This document shows, piece after piece, positions 12,101 through 26,100 of a stretch of DNA of 64,000 bases. Source of the stretch: Auanema rhodensis (taxonomy: Eukaryota; Animalia; Nematoda); contig OZ059894.1 of the NCBI GenBank assembly GCA_964057225.1, forward strand, positions 2,728,001 to 2,792,000, read 5' to 3'. A program made the translations under genes and the position numbers. Under the pieces are notes generated by a model. That model ran no database searches. It was not told the DNA's origin and saw only the letters and a program-made list of their open reading frames with translations. Position 1 is the stretch's first letter, and each line of letters opens with the position of its first letter.

Positions 12101-15100
12101 ACTTATATCAGTTGATATCTCGGTGCATTTTTAAGCTAGCGCAAATCTGATAAAACAGATCGACGCAGCTTAAAAATCCGCATCGAATGCACTATACTAC
12201 ATTGAGAAACGCTTAATACAAAAATTAGTTATGATCGTTTGAAAAATGATGCATTAGTGTATGTTGAGTTTCCATGTACACTAAACATTGCTTCCAAAAA
12301 CATTTTGACAAAAATTTTTTCGAAAAATTTCAAAATAATTTAGCAAAAAGTAGATGTTTTCAGATTTCTTTTTCAAGGCAAAGACGATGGACATTGTTAT
12401 TCAACGAAAAAATTAATTCTTCAGGGTGAAAATCGAGGATATAAGTGTGAACATATATCAGTTGATATCTCGGTGCATTTTTAAGCTAGCGCAAATCTGA
12501 TAACACAGATCGATGCAGCTTAAAAATCTGCATCGAATGCACTATACTACATTGAGAAACGCTTAATACAAAAATTAGTTATGATCGTTTGAAAAATGAT
12601 GCATTAGTGTATGTTGAGTTTCCATGTACACTCAACATTGCTTCCAAAAACATTTTGACAAAAATTTTTTCGAAAAATTTCAAAATAATTTAGCAAAAAG
12701 TAGATGTTTTTAGATTTCTTTTTTCAAGGCAAAGACGATGGACATTGTTATTCAACGAAAAAATTAATTCTTCAGGGTGAAAATCGAGGATATAAGTGTG
12801 AACTTATATCAGTTGATATCTCGGTGCATTTTTAAGCTAGCGCAAATCTGATAACACAGATCGATGCAGCTTAAAAATCCGCATCGAATGCACTATACTA
12901 CATTGAGAAACGCTTAATACAAAAATTAGTTATGATCGTTTGAAAAATGATGCATTAGTGTATGTTGAGTTTCCATGTACAATCAACATTGCTTCCAAAA
13001 ACATTTTGACAAAAATTTTTTCGAAAAATTTCAAAATAATTTAGCAAAAAGTAGATGTTTTTAGATTTCTTTTTTCAAGGCAAAGACGATGGACATTGTT
13101 ATTCAACGAAAAAATTAATTCTTCAGGGTGAAAATCGAGGATATAAGTGTGAACTTATATCAGTTGATATCTCGGTGCATTTTTAAACTAGCGCAAATCT
13201 GATAACAGAGATCGATGCAGCTTAAAAATCCGCATCGAATGCACTATACTACATTGAGAAACGCTTAATACAAAAATTAGTTATGATCGTTTGAAAAATG
13301 ATGCATTAGTGTATGTTGAGTTTCCATGTACACTCAACATTGCTTCCAAAAACATTTAGACAAAAATTTTTTCGAAAAATTTCAAAATAATTTAGCAAAA
13401 AGTAGATGTTTTTAGATTCCTTTTTTCAAGGCAAAGACGATGGACATTGTTATTCAACGAAAAAATTAATTCTTCAGGGTGAAAATCGAGGATATAAGTG
13501 TGAACTTATATCAGTTGATATCTCGGTGCATTTTTAAACTAGCGCAAATCTGATAACAGAGATCGATGCAGCTTAAAAATCCGCATCGAATGCACTATAC
13601 TACATTGAGAAACGCTTAATACAAAAATTAGTTATGATCGTTTGAAAAATGATGCATTAGTGTATGTTGAGTTTCCATGTACAATCAACATTGCTTCCAA
13701 AAACATTTTGACAAAAATTTTTTCGAAAAATTTCAAAATAATTTAGCAAAAAGTAGATGTTTTTAGATTCCTTTTTTCAAGGCAAAGACGATGGACATTG
13801 TTATTCAACGAAAAAATTAATTCTTCAGGGTGAAAATCGAGGATATAAGTGTGAACTTATATCAGTTGATATCTCGGTGCATTTTTAAACTAGCGCAAAT
13901 CTGATAACAGAGATCGATGCAGCTTAAAAATCCGCATCGAATGCACTATACTACATTGAGAAACGCTTAATACAAAAATTAGTTATGATCGTTTGAAAAA
14001 TGATGCATTAGTGTATGTTGAGTTTCCATGTACAATCAACATTGCTTCCAAAAACATTTTGACAAAAATTTTTTCGAAAAATTTCAAAATAATTTAGCAA
14101 AAAGTAGATGTTTTTAGATTTCTTTTTTCAAGGCAAAGACGATGGACATTGTTATTCAACGAAAAAATTAATTCTTCAGGGTGAAAATCGAGGATATAAG
14201 TGTGAACTTATATCAGTTGATATCTCGGTGCATTTTTAAACTAGCGCAAATCTGATAACAGAGATCGATGCAGCTTAAAAATCCGCATCGAATGCACTAT
14301 ACTACATTGAGAAACGCTTAATACAAAAATTAGTTATGATCGTTTGAAAAATGATGCATTAGTGTATGTTGAGTTTCCATGTACACTCAACATTGCTTCC
14401 AAAAACATTTAGACAAAAATTTTTTCGAAAAATTTCAAAATAATTTAGCAAAAAGTAGATGTTTTTAGATTCCTTTTTTCAAGGCAAAGACGATGGACAT
14501 TGTTATTCAACGAAAAAATTAATTCTTCAGGGTGAAAATCGAGGATATAAGTGTGAACTTATATCAGTTGATATCTCGGTGCATTTTTAAGCTAGCGCAA
14601 ATCTGATAACACAGATCGATGCAGCTTAAAAATCCGCATCGAATGCACTATACTACATTGAGAAACGCTTAATACAAAAATTAGTTATGATCGTTTGAAA
14701 AATGATGCATTAGTGTATGTTGAGTTTCCATGTACAATCAACATTGCTTCCAAAAACATTTTGACAAAAATTTTTTCGAAAAATTTCAAAATAATTTAGC
14801 AAAAAGTAGATGTTTTCAGATTTCTTTTTTCAAGGCAAAGACGATGGACATTGTTATTCAACGAAAAAATTAATTCTTCAGGGTGAAAATCGAGGATATA
14901 AGTGTGAACTTATATCAGTTGATATCTCGGTGCATTTTTAAGCTAGCGCAAATCTGATAACACAGATCGATGCAGCTTAAAAATCCGCATCGAATGCACT
15001 ATACTACATTGAGAAACGCTTAATACAAAAATTAGTTATGATCGTTTGAAAAATGATGCATTAGTGTATGTTGAGTTTCCATGTACACTCAACATTGCTT

Positions 15101-18100
15101 CCAAAAACATTTAGACAAAAATTTTTTCGAAAAATTTCAAAATAATTTAGCAAAAAGTAGATGTTTTTAGATTCCTTTTTTCAAGGCAAAGACGATGGAC
15201 ATTGTTATTCAACGAAAAAATTAATTCTTCAGGGTGAAAATCGAGGATATAAGTGTGAACTTATATCAGTTGATATCTCGGTGCATTTTTAAGCTAGCGC
15301 AAATCTGATAACACAGATCGATGCAGCTTAAAAATCCGCATCGAATGCACTATACTACATTGAGAAACGCTTAATACAAAAATTAGTTATGATCGTTTGA
15401 AAAATGATGCATTAGTGTATATTGAGTTTCCATGTACAATCAACATTGCTTCCAAAAACATTTTGACAAAAATTTTTTCGAAAAATTTCAAAATAATTTA
15501 GCAAAAAGTAGATGTTTTTAGATTTCTTTTTTCAAGGCAAAGACGATGGACATTGTTATTCAACGAAAAAATTAATTCTTCAGGGTGAAAATCGAGGATA
15601 TAAGTGTGAACTTATATCAGTTGATATCTCGGTGCATTTTTAAGCTAGCGCAAATCTGATAACACAGATCGATGCAGCTTAAAAATCCGCATCGAATGCA
15701 CTATACTACATTGAGAAACGCTTAATACAAAAATTAGTTATGATCGTTTGAAAAATGATGCATTAGTGTATGTTGAGTTTCCATGTACACTCAACATTGC
15801 TTCCAAAAACATTTAGACAAAAATTTTTTCGAAAAATTTCAAAATAATTTAGCAAAAAGTAGATGTTTTTAGATTCCTTTTTTCAAGGCAAAGACGATGG
15901 ACATTGTTATTCAACGAAAAAATTAATTCTTTAGGGTGAAAATCGAGGATATAAGTGTGAACTTATATCAGTTGATATCTCGGTGCATTTTTAAGCTAGC
16001 GCAAATCTGATAAAACAGATCGACGCAGCTTAAAAATCCGCATCGAATGCACTATACTACATTGAGAAACGCTTAATACAAAAATTAGTTATGATCGTTT
16101 GAAAAATGATGCATTAGTGTATGTTGAGTTTCCATGTACACTCAACATTGCTTCCAAAAACATTTTGACAAAAATTTTTTCGAAAAATTTCGAAATAATT
16201 TAGCAAAAAGTAGATGTTTTTAGATTCCTTTTTTCAAGGCGAAGACGATGGACATTGTTATTCAACGAAAAAATTAATTCTTCAGGGTGAAAATCGAGGA
16301 TATAAGTGTGAACTTATATCAGTTGATATCTCGGTGCATTTTTAAGCTAGCGCAAATCTGATAAAACAGATCGACGCAGCTTAAAAATCCGCATCGAATG
16401 CACTATACTACATTGAGAAACGCTTAATACAAAAATTAGTTATGATCATTTGAAAAATGATGCATTAGTGTATGTTGAGTTTCCATGTACACTAAACATT
16501 GCTTCCAAAAACATTTTGACAAAAATTTTTTCGAAAAATTTCAAAATAATTTAGCAAAAAGTAGATGTTTTTAGATTTTTTTTTCAAGGCAAAGACGATG
16601 GACATTGTTATTCAACGAAAAAATTAATTCTTCAGGGTGAAAATCGAGGATATAAGTGTGAACATATATCAGTTGATATCTCGGTGCATTTTTAAGCTAG
16701 CGCAAATCTGATAACACAGATCGACGCAGCTTAAAAATCTGCATCGAATGCACTATACTACATTGAGAAACGCTTAATACAAAAATTAGTTATGATCGTT
16801 TGAAAAATGATGCATTAGTGTATGTTGAGTTTCCATGTACACTCAACATTGCTTCCAAAAACATTTTGACAAAAATTTTTTCGAAAAATTTCAAAATAAT
16901 TTAGCAAAAAGTAGATGTTTTTAGATTTCTTTTTTCAAGGCAAAGACGATGGACATTGTTATTCAACGAAAAAATTAATTCTTCAGGGTGAAAATCGAGG
17001 ATATAAGTGTGAACTTATATCAGTTGATATCTCGGTGCATTTTTAAGCTAGCGCAAATCTGATAACACAGATCGATGCAGCTTAAAAATCCGCATCGAAT
17101 GCACTATACTACATTGAGAAACGCTTAATACAAAAATTAGTTATGATCGTTTGAAAAATGATGCATTAGTGTATGTTGAGTTTCCATGTACAATCAACAT
17201 TGCTTCCAAAACATTTTAACAAAAATTTTTTCGAAAAATTTCAAAATAATTTAGCAAAAAGTAGATGTTTTTAGATTCCTTTTTTCAAGGCAAAGACGAT
17301 GGACATTGTTATTCAACGAAAAAATTAATTCTTCAGGGTGAAAATAGAGGATATAAGTGTGAACATATATCAGTTGATATCTCGGTGCATTTTTAAGCTA
17401 GCGCAAATCTGATAACACAGATCGACGCAGCTTAAAAATCTGCATCGAATGCACTATACTACATGGAGTAACGCTTAATACAAAAATTAGTTATGATCGT
17501 TTGAAAAATGATGCATTAGTGTATGTTGAGTTTCCATGTACACTCAACATTGCTTCCAAAAACATTTTGACAAAAATTTTTTCGAAAAATTTCGAAATAA
17601 TTTAGCAAAAAGTAGATGTTTTTAGATTCCTTTTTTCAAGGCGAAGACGATGGACATTGTTATTCAACGAAAAAATTAATTCTTCAGGGTGAAAATCGAG
17701 GATATAAGTGTGAACTTATATCAGTTGATATCTCGGTGCATTTTTAAGCTAGCGCAAATCTGATAAAACAGATCGACGCAGCTTAAAAATCCGCATCGAA
17801 TGCACTATACTACATTGAGAAACGCTTAATACAAAAATTAGTTATGATCGTTTGAAAAATGATGCATTAGTGTATGTTGAGTTTCCATGTACACTAAACA
17901 TTGCTTCCAAAAACATTTTGACAAAAATTTTTTCGAAAAATTTCAAAATAATTTAGCAAAAAGTAGATGTTTTTAGATTTCTTTTTCAAGGCAAAGACGA
18001 TGGACATTGTTATTCAACGAAAAAATTAATTCTTCAGGGTGAAAATCGAGGATATAAGTGTGAACATATATCAGTTGATATCTCGGTGCATTTTTAAGCT

Positions 18101-21100
18101 AGCGCAAATCTGATAACACAGATCGACGCAGCTTAAAAATCTGCATCGAATGCACTATACTACATTGAGAAACGCTTAATACAAAAATTAGTTATGATCG
18201 TTTGAAAAATGATGCATTAGTGTATGTTGAGTTTCCATGTACACTCAACATTGCTTCCAAAAACATTTTGACAAAAATTTTTTCGAAAAATTTCAAAATA
18301 ATTTAGCAAAAAGTAGATGTTTTTAGATTTCTTTTTTCAAGGCAAAGACGATGGACATTGTTATTCAACGAAAAAATTAATTCTTCAGGGTGAAAATCGA
18401 GGATATAAGTGTGAACTTATATCAGTTGATATCTCGGTGCATTTTTAAGCTAGCGCAAATCTGATAACACAGATCGATGCAGCTTAAAAATCCGCATCGA
18501 ATGCACTATACTACATTGAGAAACGCTTAATACAAAAATTAGTTATGATCGTTTGAAAAATGATGCATTAGTGTATGTTGAGTTTCCATGTACACTAAAC
18601 ATTGCTTCCAAAAACATTTTGACAAAAATTTTTTCGAAAAATTTCAAAATAATTTAGCAAAAAGTAGATGTTTTTAGATTTCTTTTTCAAGGCAAAGACG
18701 ATGGACATTGTTATTCAACGAAAAAATTAATTCTTCAGGGTGAAAATCGAGGATATAAGTGTGAACATATATCAGTTGATATCTCGGTGCATTTTTAAGC
18801 TAGCGCAAATCTGATAACACAGATCGACGCAGCTTAAAAATCTGCATCGAATGCACTATACTACATTGAGAAACGCTTAATACAAAAATTAGTTATGATC
18901 GTTTGAAAAATGATGCATTAGTGTATGTTGAGTTTCCATGTACACTCAACATTGCTTCCAAAAACATTTTGACAAAAATTTTTTCGAAAAATTTCAAAAT
19001 AATTTAGCAAAAAGTAGATGTTTTTAGATTTCTTTTTTCAAGGCAAAGACGATGGACATTGTTATTCAACGAAAAAATTAATTCTTCAGGGTGAAAATCG
19101 AGGATATAAGTGTGAACTTATATCAGTTGATATCTCGGTGCATTTTTAAGCTAGCGCAAATCTGATAACACAGATCGACGCAGCTTAAAAATCCTCATCG
19201 AATGCACTATAATACATTGAAAAACGCTTAATACAAAAATTAGTTATGATCGTTTGAAAAATGATGCATTAGTGTATGTTGAGTTTCCATGTACACTCAA
19301 CATTGCTTCCAAAAACATTTTGACAAAAATTTTTTCGAAAAATTTCAAAATAATTTAGCAAAAAGTAGATGTTTTTAGATTTCTTTTTTCAAGGCAAAGA
19401 CGATGGACAATGTTATTCAACGAAAAAATTAATTCTTCAGGGTGAAAATCGAGGATATAAGTGTGAACTCATATCAGTTGATATCTCGGTGCATTTTTAA
19501 GCTAGCGCAAATCTGATAACACAGATCGACGCAGCTTAAAAATCCGCATCGAATGCACTATACTACATTGAAAAACGCTTAATACAAAAATTAGTTATGA
19601 TCGTTTGAAAAATGATGCATTAGTGTATGTTGAGTTTCCATGTACACTCAACATTGCTTCCAAAAACATTTTGACAAAAATTTTTTCGAAAAATTTCAAA
19701 ATAATTTAGCAAAAAGTAGATGTTTTTAGATTTCTTATTTCAAGGCAAAGACGATGGACATTGTTATTCAACGAAAAAATTAATTCTTCAGGGTGAAAAT
19801 CGAGGATATAAGTGTGAACTTATATCAGTTGATATCTCGGTGCATTTTTAAGCTAGCGCAAATCTGATAACACAGATCGATGCAGCTTAAAAATCCGCAT
19901 CGAATGCACTATACTACATTGAGAAACGCTTAATACAAAAATTAGTTATGATCGTTTGAAAAATGATGCATTAGTGTATGTTGAGTTTCCATGTACACTA
20001 AACATTGCTTCCAAAAACATTTTGACAAAAATTTTTTCGAAAAATTTCAAAATAATTTAGCAAAAAGTAGATGTTTTTAGATTTCTTTTTCAAGGCAAAG
20101 ACGATGGACATTGTTATTCAACGAAAAAATTAATTCTTCAGGGTGAAAATCGAGGATATAAGTGTGAACATATATCAGTTGATATCTCGGTGCATTTTTA
20201 AGCTAGCGCAAATCTGATAACACAGATCGACGCAGCTTAAAAATCTGCATCGAATGCACTATACTACATTGAGAAACGCTTAATACAAAAATTAGTTATG
20301 ATCGTTTGAAAAATGATGCATTAGTGTATGTTGAGTTTCCATGTACACTCAACATTGCTTCCAAAAACATTTTGACAAAAATTTTTTCGAAAAATTTCAA
20401 AATAATTTAGCAAAAAGTAGATGTTTTTAGATTTCTTTTTTCAAGGCAAAGACGATGGACATTGTTATTCAACGAAAAAATTAATTCTTCAGGGTGAAAA
20501 TCGAGGATATAAGTGTGAACTTATATCAGTTGATATCTCGGTGCATTTTTAAGCTAGCGCAAATCTGATAACACAGATCGATGCAGCTTAAAAATCCGCA
20601 TCGAATGCACTATACTACATTGAGAAACGCTTAATACAAAAATTAGTTATGATCGTTTGAAAAATGATGCATTAGTGTATGTTGAGTTTCCATGTACAAT
20701 CAACATTGCTTCCAAAAACATTTTGACAAAAATTTTTTCGAAAAATTTCAAAATAATTTAGCAAAAAGTAGATGTTTTTAGATTTCTTTTTTCAAGGCAA
20801 AGACGATGGACATTGTTATTCAACGAAAAAATTAATTCTTCAGGGTGAAAATCGAGGATATAAGTGTGAACTTATATCAGTTGATATCTCGGTGCATTTT
20901 TAAGCTAGCGCAAATCTGATAACACAGATCGATGCAGCTTAAAAATCCGCATCGAATGCACTATACTACATTGAGAAACGCTTAATACAAAAATTAGTTA
21001 TGATCGTTTGAAAAATGATGCATTAGTGTATGTTGAGTTTCCATGTACACTCAACATTGCTTCCAAAAACATTTAGACAAAAATTTTTTCGAAAAATTTC

Positions 21101-23154
21101 AAAATAATTTAGCAAAAAGTAGATGTTTTTAGATTCCTTTTTTCAAGGCAAAGACGATGGACATTGTTATTCAACGAAAAAATTAATTCTTCAGGGTGAA
21201 AATCGAGGATATAAGTGTGAACTTATATCAGTTGATATCTCGGTGCATTTTTAAGCTAGCGCAAATCTGATAACACAGATCGATGCAGCTTAAAAATCCG
21301 CATCGAATGCACTATACTACATTGAGAAACGCTTAATACAAAAATTAGTTATGATCGTTTGAAAAATGATGCATTAGTGTATGTTGAGTTTCCATGTACA
21401 CTAAACATTGCTTCCAAAAACATTTTGACAAAAATTTTTTCGAAAAATTTCAAAATAATTTAGCAAAAAGTAGATGTTTTTAGATTTCTTTTTCAAGGCA
21501 AAGACGATGGACATTGTTATTCAACGAAAAAATTAATTCTTCAGGGTGAAAATCGAGGATATAAGTGTGAACATATATCAGTTGATATCTCGGTGCATTT
21601 TTAAGCTAGCGCAAATCTGATAACACAGATCGACGCAGCTTAAAAATCTGCATCGAATGCACTATACTACATTGAGAAACGCTTAATACAAAAATTAGTT
21701 ATGATCGTTTGAAAAATGATGCATTAGTGTATGTTGAGTTTCCATGTACACTCAACATTGCTTCCAAAAACATTTTGACAAAAATTTTTTCGAAAAATTT
21801 CAAAATAATTTAGCAAAAAGTAGATGTTTTTAGATTTCTTTTTTCAAGGCAAAGACGATGGACATTGTTATTCAACGAAAAAATTAATTCTTCAGGGTGA
21901 AAATCGAGGATATAAGTGTGAACTTATATCAGTTGATATCTCGGTGCATTTTTAAGCTAGCGCAAATCTGATAACACAGATCGATGCAGCTTAAAAATCC
22001 GCATCGAATGCACTATACTACATTGAGAAACGCTTAATACAAAAATTAGTTATGATCGTTTGAAAAATGATGCATTAGTGTATGTTGAGTTTCCATGTAC
22101 AATCAACATTGCTTCCAAAAACATTTTGACAAAAATTTTTTCGAAAAATTTCAAAATAATTTAGCAAAAAGTAGATGTTTTTAGATTTCTTTTTTCAAGG
22201 CAAAGACGATGGACATTGTTATTCAACGAAAAAATTAATTCTTCAGGGTGAAAATCGAGGATATAAGTGTGAACTTATATCAGTTGATATCTCGGTGCAT
22301 TTTTAAGCTAGCGCAAATCTGATAACACAGATCGATGCAGCTTAAAAATCCGCATCGAATGCACTATACTACATTGAGAAACGCTTAATACAAAAATTAG
22401 TTATGATCGTTTGAAAAATGATGCATTAGTGTATGTTGAGTTTCCATGTACACTCAACATTGCTTCCAAAAACATTTAGACAAAAATTTTTTCGAAAAAT
22501 TTCAAAATAATTTAGCAAAAAGTAGATGTTTTTAGATTCCTTTTTTCAAGGCAAAGACGATGGACATTGTTATTCAACGAAAAAATTAATTCTTCAGGGT
22601 GAAAATCGAGGATATAAGTGTGAACTTATATCAGTTGATATCTCGGTGCATTTTTAAGCTAGCGCAAATCTGATAACACAGATCGATGCAGCTTAAAAAT
22701 CCGCATCGAATGCACTATACTACATTGAGAAACGCTTAATACAAAAATTAGTTATGATCGTTTGAAAAATGATGCATTAGTGTATGTTGAGTTTCCATGT
22801 ACAATCAACATTGCTTCCAAAAACATTTAGACAAAAATTTTTTCGAAAAATTTCAAAATAATTTAGCAAAAAGTAGATGTTTTTAGATTCCTTTTTTCAA
22901 GGCAAAGACGATGGACATTGTTATTCAACGAAAAAATTAATTCTTCAGGGTGAAAATCGAGGATATAAGTGTGAACTTATATCAGTTGATATCTCGGTGC
23001 ATTTTTAAGCTAGCGCAAATCTGATAACACAGATCGATGCAGCTTAAAAATCCGCATCGAATGCACTATACTACATTGAGAAACGCTTAATACAAAAATT
23101 AGTTATGATCGTTTGAAAAATGATGCATTAGTGTATGTTGAGTTTCCATGTACA

Positions 23155-26100
23155 ATCAACATTGCTTCCAAAAACATTTAGACAAAAATTTTTTCGAAAA
23201 ATTTCAAAATAATTTAGCAAAAAGTAGATGTTTTTAGATTCCTTTTTTTAAGGCAAAGACGATGGACATTGTTATTCAACGAAAAAATTAATTCTTTAGG
23301 GTGAAAATCGAGGATATAAGTGTGAACTTATATCAGTTGATATCTCGGTGCATTTTTAAGCTAGCGCAAATCTGATAAAACAGATCGACGCAGCTTAAAA
23401 ATCCGCATCGAATGCACTATACTACATTGAGAAACGCTTAAAACAAAAATTAGTTATGATCGTTTGAAAAATGATGCATTAGTGTATGTTGAGTTTCCAT
23501 GTACACTCAACATTGCTTCCAAAAACATTTTGACAAAAATTTTTTCGAAAAATTTCAAAATAATTTAGCAAAAAGTAGATGTTTTTAGATTTCTTTTTTC
23601 AAGGCAAAGACGATGGACATTGTTATTCAACGAAAAAATTAATTCTTCAGGGTGAAAATCGAGGATATAAGTGTGAACTTATATCAGTTGATATCTCGGT
23701 GCATCTTTAAACTAGCGCAAATCTGATAACACAGATCGATGCAGCTTAAAAACCCGCATCGAATGCACTATACTACATTGAGAAACGCTTAATACAAAAA
23801 TTAGTTATGATCGTTTGAAAAATGATGCATTAGTGTATGTTGAGTTTCCATGTACACTCAACATTGCTTCCAAAAACATTTTGACAAAAATTTTTTCGAA
23901 AAATTTCGAAATAATTTAGCAAAAAGTAGATGTTTTTAGATTCCTTTTTTCAAGGCGAAGACGATGGACATTGTTATTCAACGAAAAAATTAATTCTTCA
24001 GGGTGAAAATCGAGGATATAAGTGTGAACTTATATCAGTTGATATATCGGTGCATTTTTAAGCTAGCGCAAATCTGATAAAACAGATCGACGCAGCTTAA
24101 AAATCCGCATCGAATGCACTATACTACATTGAGAAACGCTTAATACAAAAATTAGTTATGATCGTTTGAAAAATGATGCATTAGTGTATGTTGAGTTTCC
24201 ATGTACACTCAACATTGCTTCCAAAAACATTTTGACAAAAATTTTTTCGAAAAATTTCAAAATAATTTAGCAAAAAGTAGATGTTTTTAGATACCTTTTT
24301 TTAAGGCAAAGACGATGGACTTTGTTATTCAACGAAAAAATTAATTCTTCAGGGTGAAAATCGAGGATATAAGTGTGAACTTATATCAGTTGATATCTCG
24401 GTGCATTTTTAAGCTAGCGCAAATCTGATAACACAGATCGATGCAGCTTAAAAATCCGCATCTAATGCACTATACTACATTGAGAAACGCTTAATACAAA
24501 AATTAGTTATGATCGTTTGAAAAATGATGCATTAGTGTATGTTGAGTTTCCATGTACACTCAACATTTCTTCCAAAAACATTTAGACAAAAATTTTTTCG
24601 AAAAATTTCAAAATAATTTAGCAAAAAGTAGATGTTTTTAGATTCCTTTTTTCAAGGCAAAGACGATGGACATTGTTATTCAACGAAATAATTAATTCTT
24701 CAGGGTGAAAATCGAGGATATAAGTGTGAACTTATATCAGTTGATATCTCGGTGCATTTTTAAGCTAGCGCAAATCTGATAACACAGATCGATGCAGCTT
24801 AAAAATCCGCATCGAATGCACTATACTACATTGAGAAACGCTTAATACAAAAATTAGTTATGATCGTTTGAAAAATGATGCATTAGTGTATGTTGAGTTT
24901 CCATGTACAATCAACATTGCTTCCAAAAACATTTAGACAAAAATTTTTTCGAAAAATTTCAAAATAATTTAGCAAAAAGTAGATGTTTTTAGATTCCTTT
25001 TTTCAAGGCAAAGACGATGGACATTGTTATTCAACGAATAAATTAATTCTTCAGGGTGAAAATCGAGGATATAAGTGTGAACTTATATCAGTTGATATCT
25101 CGGTGCATTTTTAAGCTAGCGCAAATCTGATAACACAGATCGATGCAGCTTAAAAATCCGCATCGAATGCACTATACTACATTGAGAAACGCTTAATACA
25201 AAAATTAGTTATGATCGTTTGAAAAATGATGCATTAGTGTATGTTGAGTTTCCATGTACAATCAACATTGCTTCCAAAAACATTTAGACAAAAATTTTTT
25301 CGAAAAATTTCAAAATAATTTAGCAAAAAGTAGATGTTTTTAGATTCCTTTTTTTAAGGCAAAGACGATGGACATTGTTATTCAACGAAAAAATTAATTC
25401 TTTAGGGTGAAAATCGAGGATATAAGTGTGAACTTATATCAGTTGATATCTCGGTGCATTTTTAAGCTAGCGCAAATCTGATAAAACAGATCGACGCAGC
25501 TTAAAAATCCGCATCGAATGCACTATACTACATTGAGAAACGCTTAAAACAAAAATTAGTTATGATCGTTTGAAAAATGATGCATTAGTGTATGTTGAGT
25601 TTCCATGTACACTCAACATTGCTTCCAAAAACATTTTGACAAAAATTTTTTCGAAAAATTTCAAAATAATTTAGCAAAAAGTAGATGTTTTTAGATTTCT
25701 TTTTTCAAGGCAAAGACGATGGACATTGTTATTCAACGAAAAAATTAATTCTTCAGGGTGAAAATCGAGGATATAAGTGTGAACTTATATCAGTTGATAT
25801 CTCGGTGCATCTTTAAACTAGCGCAAATCTGATAACACAGATCGATGCAGCTTAAAAACCCGCATCGAATGCACTATACTACATTGAGAAACGCTTAATA
25901 CAAAAATTAGTTATGATCGTTTGAAAAATGATGCATTAGTGTATGTTGAGTTTCCATGTACACTCAACATTGCTTCCAAAAACATTTTGACAAAAATTTT
26001 TTCGAAAAATTTCGAAATAATTTAGCAAAAAGTAGATGTTTTTAGATTCCTTTTTTCAAGGCGAAGACGATGGACATTGTTATTCAACGAAAAAATTAAT

